A stretch of DNA of 60,348 nt, counting the filler, from Candidatus Zhuqueibacterota bacterium (lineage in GTDB: Bacteria > BS750m-G25): NCBI GenBank assembly GCA_016783505.1. It is 5 parts of 5 records of this genome, joined end to end, with 100 filler letters (N's around TTAATTAATTAA, not from the genome) between each part and the next. Parts side by side here need not be neighbours in the genome. Positions count along the whole stretch, not along the records: positions 16,448 to 46,505 come from JADHWK010000025.1; positions 46,606 to 54,163 come from JADHWK010000081.1; 3 more parts are not named here. The stretch is one strand, 5' to 3'. The position numbers and the translations under genes were made by a program. The notes below the pieces were generated by a model. It was not told the origin of the DNA and searched no databases. It worked only from the letters and a program-made list of their open reading frames with translations. Of the stretch, positions 38,903 to 48,434 are shown in pieces (the stretch's first letter is position 1; each line of letters begins with the position of its first letter).

Positions 38903-41036
38903 AAAAATTAACTTTATTTTTGGTGTTCACTGCCACCAGCCGGTGGGTAATTTCGACCATGTGTTCGAGGAGGCCTATCAGAAAAGCTACCTGCCATTCC
39001 TGGGGGTGCTGGAACAATTTCCCCAAATTCGGGTAGTCCTCCACTACAGCGGTTCCCTTTTGGAATGGATTGAGGATCGGCACCCAGATTTTTTAAACCG
39101 GGTTAAGGAAATCATTCATCGGGGTCAGGCGGAACTTTTAACCGGGGGGTTCTACGAACCCATTTTGCCAATTATCCCCGATGAGGACAAAATCGGTCAG
39201 ATCACATCGTATACGGAGCTATTAACCAAAAGATTCGCCTGTCATCCCCAGGGCCTGTGGCTTACCGAGAGGGTGTGGGAGCCCCATCTGGCGAAACCCC
39301 TGGCCCAGGCTGGGGTTCGATACATTGCGGTGGACGATTATCACTTCAAGAGCACGGGGATGGGGGAAGGGGAACTGGGGAGATATTTCATGACCGATGA
39401 ATTGGGCAAAACCCTGGCCATCTTTCCCATCAGCGAACGGTTGAGGTATTTGATCCCCTTTGAAAAGCCCGGGGATACCATCGAATATCTTAGATCGTGG
39501 GCGGACCCGTCCGGGGAAAGGCTGCTGGTGCTGGCCGACGACGGAGAGAAGTTCGGTCTATGGCCGGGGACCTATGACTGGGTCTATGGACAAAAATGGC
39601 TGGAGTCCTTTTTCAGGGATCTGGGGGAAAACGCCGATTGGATTTCAGTCACCACCTTCTCTGATTTTATGGAAAAGCATCCCCCGGCCGGTCGGGTTTA
39701 TCTGCCCACCGCCTCCTATTTCGAGATGAGCCAGTGGACCCTGCCGGCCCAGAGCGGGGAGAAATTTGAGGCCCTGGTTGAGGACCTTAAGGAGAAAGGC
39801 CGGATTGAGGAGTATAAACCCTATTTAAAAGGGGGTTTCTGGCGAAACTTTCTGGCCAAATATCCTGAGAGCAACAATATGCACAAACGTATGCTCCGGG
39901 TCAGCGGGATGATTCATCATTACGAGAAGGAAAAAGGCGTCCTTTTAAGAGAAGAGCGACGGGAACTCTATCGGGGCCAGACCAACTGCGGCTACTGGCA
40001 TGGGGTGTTCGGTGGGCTTTACCTGCCCCACCTCCGGGATGCCGTCTACCGCCACCTTCTAAAAGCCGAGCGGCTGCTGGAAGCACGGATTCATTCCGGT
40101 AAGGATTGGATCGAGGTGGAAAGGACGGATTTTGACAGGGATGGGTCGGATGAGATAATCGTTAACACTAAAAGTTTAAGCCTGTTTTTCTCACCGGGGG
40201 ATGGGGGTCATCTCTTTGAGCTGGACTACAAACCCACTGATTTTAACCTGATCAACACCCTGGCCCGGAGGCCGGAGAGCTACCATCGGGGGATTCGGGA
40301 GTACCATCCAGGGCAGCAAGAAGGGGAAAGGGAAACCAGCATTCATGACCTCACCCGCCCGGTGGACGAGGATTTGAAGAGATTTCTGGTTTACGACCGG
40401 GCCCGCCGGGTTTCCCTGATTGATCATTTTCTGGGTCCCACCACCGACCTGGACGGGTTCCGACTGGAAAGGTATAGGGAAGCCGGGGATTTTATAAAGG
40501 GGAGATACCAGGCTGCCGTAAGGGAGAGCAGGGGGAGGGTTCGGGTGCAGATGTCCAGGGAAGGGCGGGTAGTCGCAGATGGCCGCGAGGGAAAGCTTTC
40601 GGTTACAAAAACCATACAAATTCTGACTGGACGTGATGTTATTACTATTGATTATGCCCTGCGCAATCTGGCGGCAGAGGGTGTTAAGCTATGGTTTGGT
40701 TCTGAGTTTAATTTTTCCATGCTGGGATCCAAAAATAAAGGGGTCAGATACGTGATTCCAGGCGAAGATCTAAAGGCCAACGGATTGGGGGACAAGGGGG
40801 AATTGGTCGGGGTTCGAACCTTTCAGATTGTTGACGACCGCCAAGGAATAGAGATTTCATTGGACTTTTTAGCGCCGGTAACCCTGTGGTATTTTCCCAT
40901 CGAGACCATATCCCAATCAGAAAGTGGGTACGACAAATTGTATCAGTCTTCAGTTGTATTCCCGAATTGGAAGATTGATCTTAAACCGAAGGGAGCCTGG
41001 AAGGTTCGGTTTTTTTTAAGAATAGATTCAATATAA
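38895..41036 (+). CDS. GH57 4-alpha-glucanotransferase/alpha-amylase (DUF1925/1926)
   Basis: HCHQPVGNF, WLTERVWEP, DDGEKFG, YWHGVFGGLYLPHLR. Start reassigned to MFKK. Confidence 0.92.
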   Translation: MFKKINFIFGVHCHQPVGNFDHVFEEAYQKSYLPFLGVLEQFPQIRVVLHYSGSLLEWIEDRHPDFLNRVKEIIHRGQAELLTGGFYEPILPIIPDEDKIGQITSYTELLTKRFACHPQGLWLTERVWEPHLAKPLAQAGVRYIAVDDYHFKSTGMGEGELGRYFMTDELGKTLAIFPISERLRYLIPFEKPGDTIEYLRSWADPSGERLLVLADDGEKFGLWPGTYDWVYGQKWLESFFRDLGENADWISVTTFSDFMEKHPPAGRVYLPTASYFEMSQWTLPAQSGEKFEALVEDLKEKGRIEEYKPYLKGGFWRNFLAKYPESNNMHKRMLRVSGMIHHYEKEKGVLLREERRELYRGQTNCGYWHGVFGGLYLPHLRDAVYRHLLKAERLLEARIHSGKDWIEVERTDFDRDGSDEIIVNTKSLSLFFSPGDGGHLFELDYKPTDFNLINTLARRPESYHRGIREYHPGQQEGERETSIHDLTRPVDEDLKRFLVYDRARRVSLIDHFLGPTTDLDGFRLERYREAGDFIKGRYQAAVRESRGRVRVQMSREGRVVADGREGKLSVTKTIQILTGRDVITIDYALRNLAAEGVKLWFGSEFNFSMLGSKNKGVRYVIPGEDLKANGLGDKGELVGVRTFQIVDDRQGIEISLDFLAPVTLWYFPIETISQSESGYDKLYQSSVVFPNWKIDLKPKGAWKVRFFLRIDSI

Positions 41037-41041
41037 AATTA

Positions 41042-41103
41042 CCCGCCAAGGGCGGTCAGACCCATACGGGGGCTACGCTCCGACCCGTAGGGGGTAACTC
41101 CGG
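41042..41103. repeat. CCCGCCAAGGGCGGTCAGACC...CGACCCGTAGGGGGTAAC repeat, long copy
   Basis: Matches 44396-44440 but has about 17 extra internal nt. Confidence 0.75.
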
Positions 41104-41190
41104 CATTGTAGTTTATCATAATGATGTCGGGGATGAAAACATCCCCGACGAGCAGTAGAACCACAGATTTAATGAAGGAGAGTCACCACC

Positions 41191-42219
41191 ATGCCCGAAC
41201 TGAGACACGACCCGATTCAGAAACGGTGGGTTATCATTTCCACGGAAAGATCGAGGCGACCCTCGGATTTTAAGGTGACCAGCCCCCCCCCTGACGACAA
41301 ATTCTGTCCCTTCTGCGAGGGGAACGAGGATAAAACCCCGCTCGAAATTTATTCCATCCGCCGGGACGGCACCCTGCCCAACACCCCCGGCTGGGAGGTG
41401 CGGGTGGTGCCCAATAAATTTCCCGCCCTGATGATCGAGGGGGAGCATGACCGGGCCGGGGTGGGGCTCTATGACCGGATGAACGGCATTGGAGCCCATG
41501 AAGTGATCATTGAAATCCCCGATCACGGTAGTTCTATGGCTGACAGGCCGCTGGAAAATCTGGTGAAGGTATTCACTGTCTATAAAAACAGGCTTATAGA
41601 CCTGATAAAGGATAGGCGGTTCAAATATATTTTAATCTTTAAAAACCACGGTCGGGTGGCCGGGGCCTCCCTCTCCCATCCTCATACCCAGATAATCGCC
41701 ACCCCGGTGACCCCCCGTACGGTGGCGGTGGAGCTGGAATCGGCCCGCGCTCACTATCAGCTTAAGGAGCGATGCATCTTCTGCGACATCATCAAGCAGG
41801 AGATCGAGGCCGGGGACCGGATCATCTGCATTGACGAAAATTATGTGGCCATTGCCCCTTACGCCTCCAGGCATCCCTTTGAGGCCTTCGTGGTCCCCCG
41901 GGCACACCGGCACGACTTCGGCGAATCCACTGAGGAGGAAATCTATCAACTGGCCGTTATGATGAAGGATCTGCTCGTTCGCTTAAAGCTCAGTTTAGGG
42001 GACCCGCCCTACAACTTTCTTTTCCACACGGCACCTAACGTGATCCCCCAACCCCGGCGGCCGGGCTATTGGGAGACGCTGTCCTTGGACTGGCACTGGC
42101 ACATCGAAGTGCTGCCGCGGCTGACCCGAACGGCGGGGTTCGAATGGGGCACGGGCTTTTACATAAACCCTACCCGGCCGGAGGATGCGGCGAAGTTTTT
42201 GAGGGAGGTAGAAGTATAA
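41191..42219 (+). CDS. galT: GalT-family (HIT) hexose-1-phosphate nucleotidyltransferase
   Basis: ELRHDP, CPFC, VVPNKFPAL, GASLSHPHTQ, AGFEWGTG. Confidence 0.88.
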   Translation: MPELRHDPIQKRWVIISTERSRRPSDFKVTSPPPDDKFCPFCEGNEDKTPLEIYSIRRDGTLPNTPGWEVRVVPNKFPALMIEGEHDRAGVGLYDRMNGIGAHEVIIEIPDHGSSMADRPLENLVKVFTVYKNRLIDLIKDRRFKYILIFKNHGRVAGASLSHPHTQIIATPVTPRTVAVELESARAHYQLKERCIFCDIIKQEIEAGDRIICIDENYVAIAPYASRHPFEAFVVPRAHRHDFGESTEEEIYQLAVMMKDLLVRLKLSLGDPPYNFLFHTAPNVIPQPRRPGYWETLSLDWHWHIEVLPRLTRTAGFEWGTGFYINPTRPEDAAKFLREVEV

Positions 42220-42533
42220 CTCACAAGAACAGATCACTAAACAACTATTTGATTTTTCAATAGGGGGGTGTTTTGGAATGCATCGTCCGTCTTGTCACCG
42301 TATATCGTTTATCCCGAAGCTTCGGGAAGCCCGTATCGAAGCCTGGTATTGAGCATTCGTAACCCGGCTTCCTTTAAGAAATGCCAGGAGACAAAAACCG
42401 ATGAGATTGGCCGAAGGCCGGGCAACGAAAGCCGTAACCGATACAGGCAGCGTCACCGATAAACCGGTCACGATTATCGTCTAATTTATTTTTACAATAG
42501 TTTAGAGACCAATAACTTTTTCCTGGAGTCAAC

Positions 42534-44240
42534 ATGAAAAAGCCTTACGGATATTTTTCCTTTGTTTTACACAGCCATCTGCCGTATGTCCTGGCTCACG
42601 GCGGCTGGCCCCACGGGACCGACTGGCTGTTCGAGGCGGCGGCTGAGACCTATCTTCCACTGTTGAACCTCCTGTTTGACTTAAAGGAGACAGGGATAGC
42701 CCCGAAGTTGACCCTGGGGATCACCCCGGTGCTGGCTGAGCAGTTGGCCGATGACCGCTTCAAGGGGGGATTGGCTGATTATTTGGAAATGAAGATAAAA
42801 TCCGCCCAGGAAAATAAAAAGGAGTTTGAAAGTGTCGGGCAGCCCCACCGGGCCGCCCTAGCCGGGATGTGGAAGGACCATTTTGAGGGGCTTCGGAGCT
42901 CTTTTAACGACCGTTATCACCGGGATCTGGTCGGGGCGTTCCGAGAGCTTCAGGATGATGGGACCATTGGGATTATCACCTCGGCGGCCACCCACGGCTA
43001 CCTTCCCCTGCTGGAGACGGACCAGAGCGTCCAGGCCCAGATAAAATGTGGGGTCGCTTCCTATGAGAAGCATTTCGGCCGCCGGCCCCAGGGCATCTGG
43101 CTGCCCGAATGTGCCTACCGACCGAGTTACCAATGGGCCTCGCCGTTGGGGGGAGAGAAGCCCTATCTACGGAAAGGCATCGAAGAGGTTCTGGCTGATG
43201 AGGGAATTCTTTATTTCATCGTTGACTCCCATCTTTTAAAAGGGGGACGGGCCATCGGGGCCTATCTGGATCGCTTCGAGGCCCTGAAGGTCTTGTGGCA
43301 GCGGTTTGCCGAGAGCTACCAGCCCCGGGAAGAGGATAAGGAAAAATTTTCCTGTTCGGTATACCTGGCTGGGTCGGAGGGGAGCCCCAAGACCACCGCC
43401 TTTTTTGCCCGGGATGAAAAGACAGGGCTTCAGGTCTGGTCAGGGGAATGGGGTTACCCCGGGGACGGCTGGTATCTGGATTTTCATAAAAAGCATTTCC
43501 CAGGGGGACACCGCTACTGGAGGGTTACATCGGCCAAGGCGGACCTGGCCGATAAGCACGAATACGATCCTGCCAAGGTGGATGAAATTCTGGGCAATCA
43601 GGTTCACCATTTCGTCGAGCTCGTCAAGGAAACGCTGAAATCGCATTTTGAAAGGACGGGTGAGGCCGGGGTTATCTGTGCCCCTTACGATACCGAGCTT
43701 TTCGGCCATTGGTGGTTCGAGGGACCCCGATGGATCGCCGGGGTGCTAAAACGAATTGCCCAGGACCCGGAAATAGAGCTCACAACCCTGGGGGAGCATC
43801 TGGGTCGGGCCCAGCCCCGGGGGGTGGTCTCCCTGTCTGAGGGATCCTGGGGGGAAGGGGGTTTCCATTACATCTGGTTCAATGACTGGAACCGCTGGAC
43901 CTGGAGGCATATCTACGATGCCGAGAAGAGGATGATCGGGCTGGTCAAATCCAGCCCAAGAACGGCTGATGGGAAGCTATACCGGATTTTAAAGCAACTG
44001 GCCCGGGAGCTTTTGCTTCTGGAAAGCTCAGACTGGCAGTTTCTGATCAGCACCTGGTCGGCCCGGGACTACGCCGAAGGGCGGGTGGTCCTGCATACGG
44101 AAAACTTCAACCGGTTGGCCGAAATGGCTGAAAAGTTCCTCGGAGGGAAAGAAATTGGGGATGGGGATTGGGCGTTTCTGGATACGCTGGAAAGAAACGA
44201 CTGCCTGTTTCCAAACGTTGATCCTTCCTGGTGGCTATGA
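42534..44240 (+). CDS. GH57 1,4-alpha-glucan branching enzyme (DUF1957)
   Basis: HSHLPYV, WLPECAY, PYDTELFGHWWFEG, LLESSDWQF. Confidence 0.93.
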   Translation: MKKPYGYFSFVLHSHLPYVLAHGGWPHGTDWLFEAAAETYLPLLNLLFDLKETGIAPKLTLGITPVLAEQLADDRFKGGLADYLEMKIKSAQENKKEFESVGQPHRAALAGMWKDHFEGLRSSFNDRYHRDLVGAFRELQDDGTIGIITSAATHGYLPLLETDQSVQAQIKCGVASYEKHFGRRPQGIWLPECAYRPSYQWASPLGGEKPYLRKGIEEVLADEGILYFIVDSHLLKGGRAIGAYLDRFEALKVLWQRFAESYQPREEDKEKFSCSVYLAGSEGSPKTTAFFARDEKTGLQVWSGEWGYPGDGWYLDFHKKHFPGGHRYWRVTSAKADLADKHEYDPAKVDEILGNQVHHFVELVKETLKSHFERTGEAGVICAPYDTELFGHWWFEGPRWIAGVLKRIAQDPEIELTTLGEHLGRAQPRGVVSLSEGSWGEGGFHYIWFNDWNRWTWRHIYDAEKRMIGLVKSSPRTADGKLYRILKQLARELLLLESSDWQFLISTWSARDYAEGRVVLHTENFNRLAEMAEKFLGGKEIGDGDWAFLDTLERNDCLFPNVDPSWWL

Positions 44241-44395
44241 GAGTAGGTCCGAAATGAAGTTTGAAGTGTGAAATGCGAAGCTCGGAGTCACCGCTTTAGC
44301 GGTTTATAGATTTTATATTCATTCTGGGCTATCCAAAGACCACAAGAATCAAAGATAAGAAGGAATATTCTTTCTTATAAATTATATTTGTTGTG

Positions 44396-44440
44396 CCCGC
44401 CAAGGGCGGTCAGACCTCGACCCGTAGGGGGTAACACCGG
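44396..44440. repeat. CCCGCCAAGGGCGGTCAGACC repeat, short copy
   Basis: cccgccaagggcggtcagacctcgacccgtagggggtaacaccgg. Confidence 0.75.
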
Positions 44441-44448
44441 ATTAGTTA

Positions 44449-45207
44449 TTGTTTTTCTTAAATAAAATGATCTCATTTACGGAGAGGAAACTTCACATCG
44501 GCACTTCGGGATATTATTATAAACATTGGGTTGACCTATTTTATCCCAAGGATGTGAGGAAGGAGAGATGGCTGGAGTTCTACGCCGGGCGTTTTGGCAC
44601 CGTGGAGATTAACTCCACCTTTTACCACCTGCCCCGGGAGAAGATGGTGGACGGCTGGCGAAAAAGGGTTCCGGATAATTTTTTATACACTTTTAAGGTC
44701 AATCGCCGGATCACCCATGTTAAAAAACTTAATGAAGCCCGGGAGGACCTCTACCGATTTCTTCACCTGATCAAGCCCTTAAAAGTGGCGGGAAAGCTGG
44801 GGACCCTGCTGTTTCAACTGCCACCGAGCATGAAAGTCAACGCCAAGAGGCTGGAAGAATTTTTGGAAATTCTGCCCACCGGGTATAAATGCGTATTCGA
44901 ATTCCGTAATCCTAGCTGGTTCAGTGAACAAATCTATTCTCTGTTAAGGAAATACGGGGCCGGGTTCTGCATTATGGATCTGCAGGGGTTTAAACCTGTC
45001 ATCAGGGCTACGGCCCCGTTCGTCTATTTCCGCTTCCATGGGCCTAATGTCCCCTACAGTTCTCCCTATTCAGACCAGGAACTTAAGATGTGGGCGGGTC
45101 ATATACGGGGATTTCTAAAAGAGGGCAGGGAGGTTTTTGCCTATTTCAACAACGACATCGGGGGGTATGCGGTCGGGAACGCCCTAACTTTAGAACAATT
45201 GGTGTAA
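44449..45207 (+). CDS. DUF72 (YecE-like) protein
   Basis: IGTSGY, VEINSTFY, QLPPS, EFRNPSW, YFRFHG, YFNND. Confidence 0.92.
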   Translation: MFFLNKMISFTERKLHIGTSGYYYKHWVDLFYPKDVRKERWLEFYAGRFGTVEINSTFYHLPREKMVDGWRKRVPDNFLYTFKVNRRITHVKKLNEAREDLYRFLHLIKPLKVAGKLGTLLFQLPPSMKVNAKRLEEFLEILPTGYKCVFEFRNPSWFSEQIYSLLRKYGAGFCIMDLQGFKPVIRATAPFVYFRFHGPNVPYSSPYSDQELKMWAGHIRGFLKEGREVFAYFNNDIGGYAVGNALTLEQLV

Positions 45208-45242
45208 GTCAGGTTTTTTATCCGTTTTTAGTTGTTCTTACA

Positions 45243-46505
45243 ATGAGAAAATCCCAGGTAGAAATAGAGAAGGAAATCCAGTCCCGGATCGATCGGGTGA
45301 TCGAGACAATCATGTCCTATCTGGATATACAGAGCATCAGGGACAAGTTTCTGGACCTTATTGTCTCGGAGATCGGACCTCTGCTATCCATCACCCGGGG
45401 ACGCATCTGGGAGGCCCGAAAGGACCATTATGAATGCGTAAAAGAGATTGGTGAGAGTCAAGAATCGGTGGGGAAGACCGTTTCCAAGGATTATCCACCC
45501 ATCCGGAGGATCATCGAAGAGGGGTTCGTCATCTACTCCCAGAAGGAGGCCATCGCCGACCCGGAAGTGGAGGGGGAGATAAAGACGGGGTTTATGTCCA
45601 CCGGGGTGGCTATCGGAGACCAGGCCGATCTAATCGGGGGGTTTACCGTTAAGGGTAAGTTCAAATGGCAAAGGCAGATGCTGGAAAGGATGCTGAAGCG
45701 CATCTCCCGGGGGACCTCCATCGCCCTGCACAACGCCGAACGGTATCAGCAGGCAGTTAAGGATTTCACGGACATGGAGCGGCAGATGTTGATCGCCCGC
45801 ATCATTCAGGAAAAGCTGCTCCCCAAATCCCCGAGATTTGAAGGATTTGACATCTACGGTAAGCTGATCAGTTCCAAATACGTGGGAGGGGATTATTATA
45901 ATTTTCTGAACCTGGGGGACGCTGGCCTGGGGATCGCCATCGCCGACGTGGCCGGCAAGGGGCTTCCGGCGGCCCTGCTTACCAATACCCTGGACGGAGC
46001 CCTGGGGATGAAGGTGCAGGATGAATCCAAGGTGAACACCATCGTACGGAGGCTGAATAACTTCTTGACAGAAAAGACGAGCCAGGAGACCTTCATCACC
46101 TTTTTCTACGGCGAACTTTCACGGGAGGGATTATTTAGTTATTGCAACGCCGGCCATAATGCTCCACTGCTTTTTTCGGGACAGCAGATTTCGGAGCTGG
46201 ACGCCGGGGGTCCCCCCCTGGGGTTAGTGGAAAAGACACCCTATCGGCTGGGGTCGGTACAGATGGAAAAGGGGGATATTTTAGTCCTGTTCACCGACGG
46301 TATCAGCGAGGCCCCGGGCCAGAAAGGGGGGGAATTCGGGGTGGAACAGATAAAGATTGTTGTATCCAAAAACAGGGGATTGAAGGCCATTCAATTGGCC
46401 AATCGGATCTTCAACGCGGTGGAGATGCACCAGTGGGGTTACGTCGGGGATGAACTGGAGACCGACGATAAGACACTGATTGTGGTAAGATATTTAGCAT
46501 CGGAT
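45243..46505 (+). CDS. PP2C/SpoIIE (RsbU-like) phosphatase with N-terminal GAF-like region; stop lost in the gap
   Basis: VGGDYY, DVAGKG, NAGHN, FTDGISE, DDKT. Confidence 0.9.
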
Positions 46506-46605
46506 NNNNNNNNNNNNNNNNNNNNNNNNNNNNNNNNNNNNNNNNNNNNTTAATTAATTAANNNNNNNNNNNNNNNNNNNNNNNNNNNNNNNNNNNNNNN
46601 NNNNN
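46506..46605. other. Assembly gap with artificial linker
   Basis: N-run with TTAATTAATTAA. Confidence 0.97.
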
Positions 46606-46701
46606 CAACGACTCTGGCCAGTGGATAATTCCCAAAATTTTTGACTGCCGCAGTAAGGACATTTTTTCATAGCTGAAAAATAACTATTTTTCAGCTAGTT
46701 A

Positions 46702-47901
46702 TCAATACCTTTTAGTGTAATTTTGATGGGCCATTACCTTATATTTAATGTAATCCTCAGGGGCGGTGGCTTTCAGATAAAGATCGTTGGCATCGTTGTA
46801 TTCTGAACATTTGCTGATATATTCATTAAAAGTATAAGCAGCACCGGCTATGCTGGCTGTGCCCCCGATCACAAACAGCCACCCTCGAATCTTCTTCTCA
46901 GCATACAACTGCCCCCAGCCCGGGAAAAGGGTTGACCTTAAAAAGGCCTTTCCCCGGGTTCTCCCTAAATACTTCAGGTTCACTTTCAGCGGGGTGGTCT
47001 TACCATGCACTATGGTGACTCGTTTTCTATCTTTTCTGTATCCCTCCATCCCTGTATCCAGCCAGTATTCTCCCTGGGCAAGATCCACCTGAAAGGGAAT
47101 GCTTCCCAGCGGATTTTCCTCCCAGAATACATCGGCTCCCATCGGTTCTCCGCTTATGTCCAAGGTGCCCGTCCCCTCCAGCTCATAGGAGACCGTTTTC
47201 ACCTTCCCTTCCTCTACCACAACCGAGTCAAGAACATCGGCATAGGTGGGGGCGGATAGTTTCAACAGGTAGGTTGAAGGTCTTATATTCATCAATACCA
47301 ACGGGGTCGTCCCCCCCGGCTTCCCATCCAATAAAACCCTGGCACCGTCGGGAACCGAGGTCACCTTCAGAGAGCCGGTTCCCTCTTTGATCTTTTCCTC
47401 AAGGACCATTTCTGGTGAAAAATCAGCCATTCGCTGGGCCAGAATCTTCAGCGTATTCTCCATCAGCTCGTATAAAGAACCTTCACACCGCTCATTATAG
47501 CTCACCAATGTTTTCCTGCCCTTTACATCAACCATCTTTACGGTCACCGAATATACAAATTCTTCCTCCCCAATTTCCCCAACAAACACCCGATCAGCCC
47601 CTGAAATCTTCCCTATCTCCACCAGATCGGCAAGACTTCGACTTACTAATAAACTTTCTTTCCCCTTTTTCTTCAACCATTCCTCCACCTGGGATTTGCC
47701 AAAGACCCGGAAACCACCCGTTTTTTCTAACTTCTTTCCAAATTCATCGGATAACATATTCATCATGACCCTGGTGAGCATGGAGGATTTCCCCATGGGC
47801 TTAAAATCTAATACAACACTTCGTAGCTTTGGGGAAGCCTGACCATATAAAAGTTGACCGGAAACAAACAGGACACCAACAAAGAACTCTTTACACTTCA
47901 T
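46702..47901 (-). CDS. PEGA-domain protein (CsgG/TolB_N-like N-terminus, DUF5683-like C-terminus, possibly truncated)
   Basis: VTSVPDGARVLLDG..GTTP, ISGEPMGADV, RSTLFPGWGQLY. Start uncertain (47901 or 47952). Confidence 0.75.
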   Translation of the reverse strand: MKCKEFFVGVLFVSGQLLYGQASPKLRSVVLDFKPMGKSSMLTRVMMNMLSDEFGKKLEKTGGFRVFGKSQVEEWLKKKGKESLLVSRSLADLVEIGKISGADRVFVGEIGEEEFVYSVTVKMVDVKGRKTLVSYNERCEGSLYELMENTLKILAQRMADFSPEMVLEEKIKEGTGSLKVTSVPDGARVLLDGKPGGTTPLVLMNIRPSTYLLKLSAPTYADVLDSVVVEEGKVKTVSYELEGTGTLDISGEPMGADVFWEENPLGSIPFQVDLAQGEYWLDTGMEGYRKDRKRVTIVHGKTTPLKVNLKYLGRTRGKAFLRSTLFPGWGQLYAEKKIRGWLFVIGGTASIAGAAYTFNEYISKCSEYNDANDLYLKATAPEDYIKYKVMAHQNYTKRY

Positions 47902-48282
47902 ATCTTGTATTGAGAACAATATTTCAACAAAAAACCCCATCCAGTTCTTCAAAACCGTCAGGGGTCAATAATTCAAAGTTGGCAACTTCAGAGTGTAAAA
48001 AAAACCCCTGAAAGCCTTCACCAGGCAAACTCTCTTACGATAGCCAAACCACTAATAGACTTACCTGAGTGAAAAAGGCCATTAGGGACAGCCTTTCGAT
48101 AAGGATGCCCGGTTATCGCAGGTAATTCCAAAATAGTGATTTAACTAATAGAAGTATACGAAATAAAAGTTGCTTTGTCAAGAAAAAAGTTCAAAAATCG
48201 GCTTTTCAGAAATTTTTATGTTGCTCTCCATGCTCGTTGAGGAGCCTATCATCCTCGACAGATTTGTTGGTATCGAATTTCT

Positions 48283-48339
48283 GGCGGATAACCCGCCACT
48301 ATCCCGAAGCTTCGGGATGGCGTATAGGTAACATCCGCC
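48283..48339. repeat. GGCGGATG family palindrome filled with an ATCCCGAAGCTTCGGGAT element
   Basis: ggcggataacccgcc[actatcccgaagcttcgggatggc]gtataggtaacatccgcc. Confidence 0.75.
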
Positions 48340-48434
48340 GGGAGCGCATAAAACTATATTCGCATCAAAAAACACTTGTAAACTTCCCATTTTTTCCTTA
48401 TATTTTCAGGTAATATTTTAGGAGTTATCATCCC

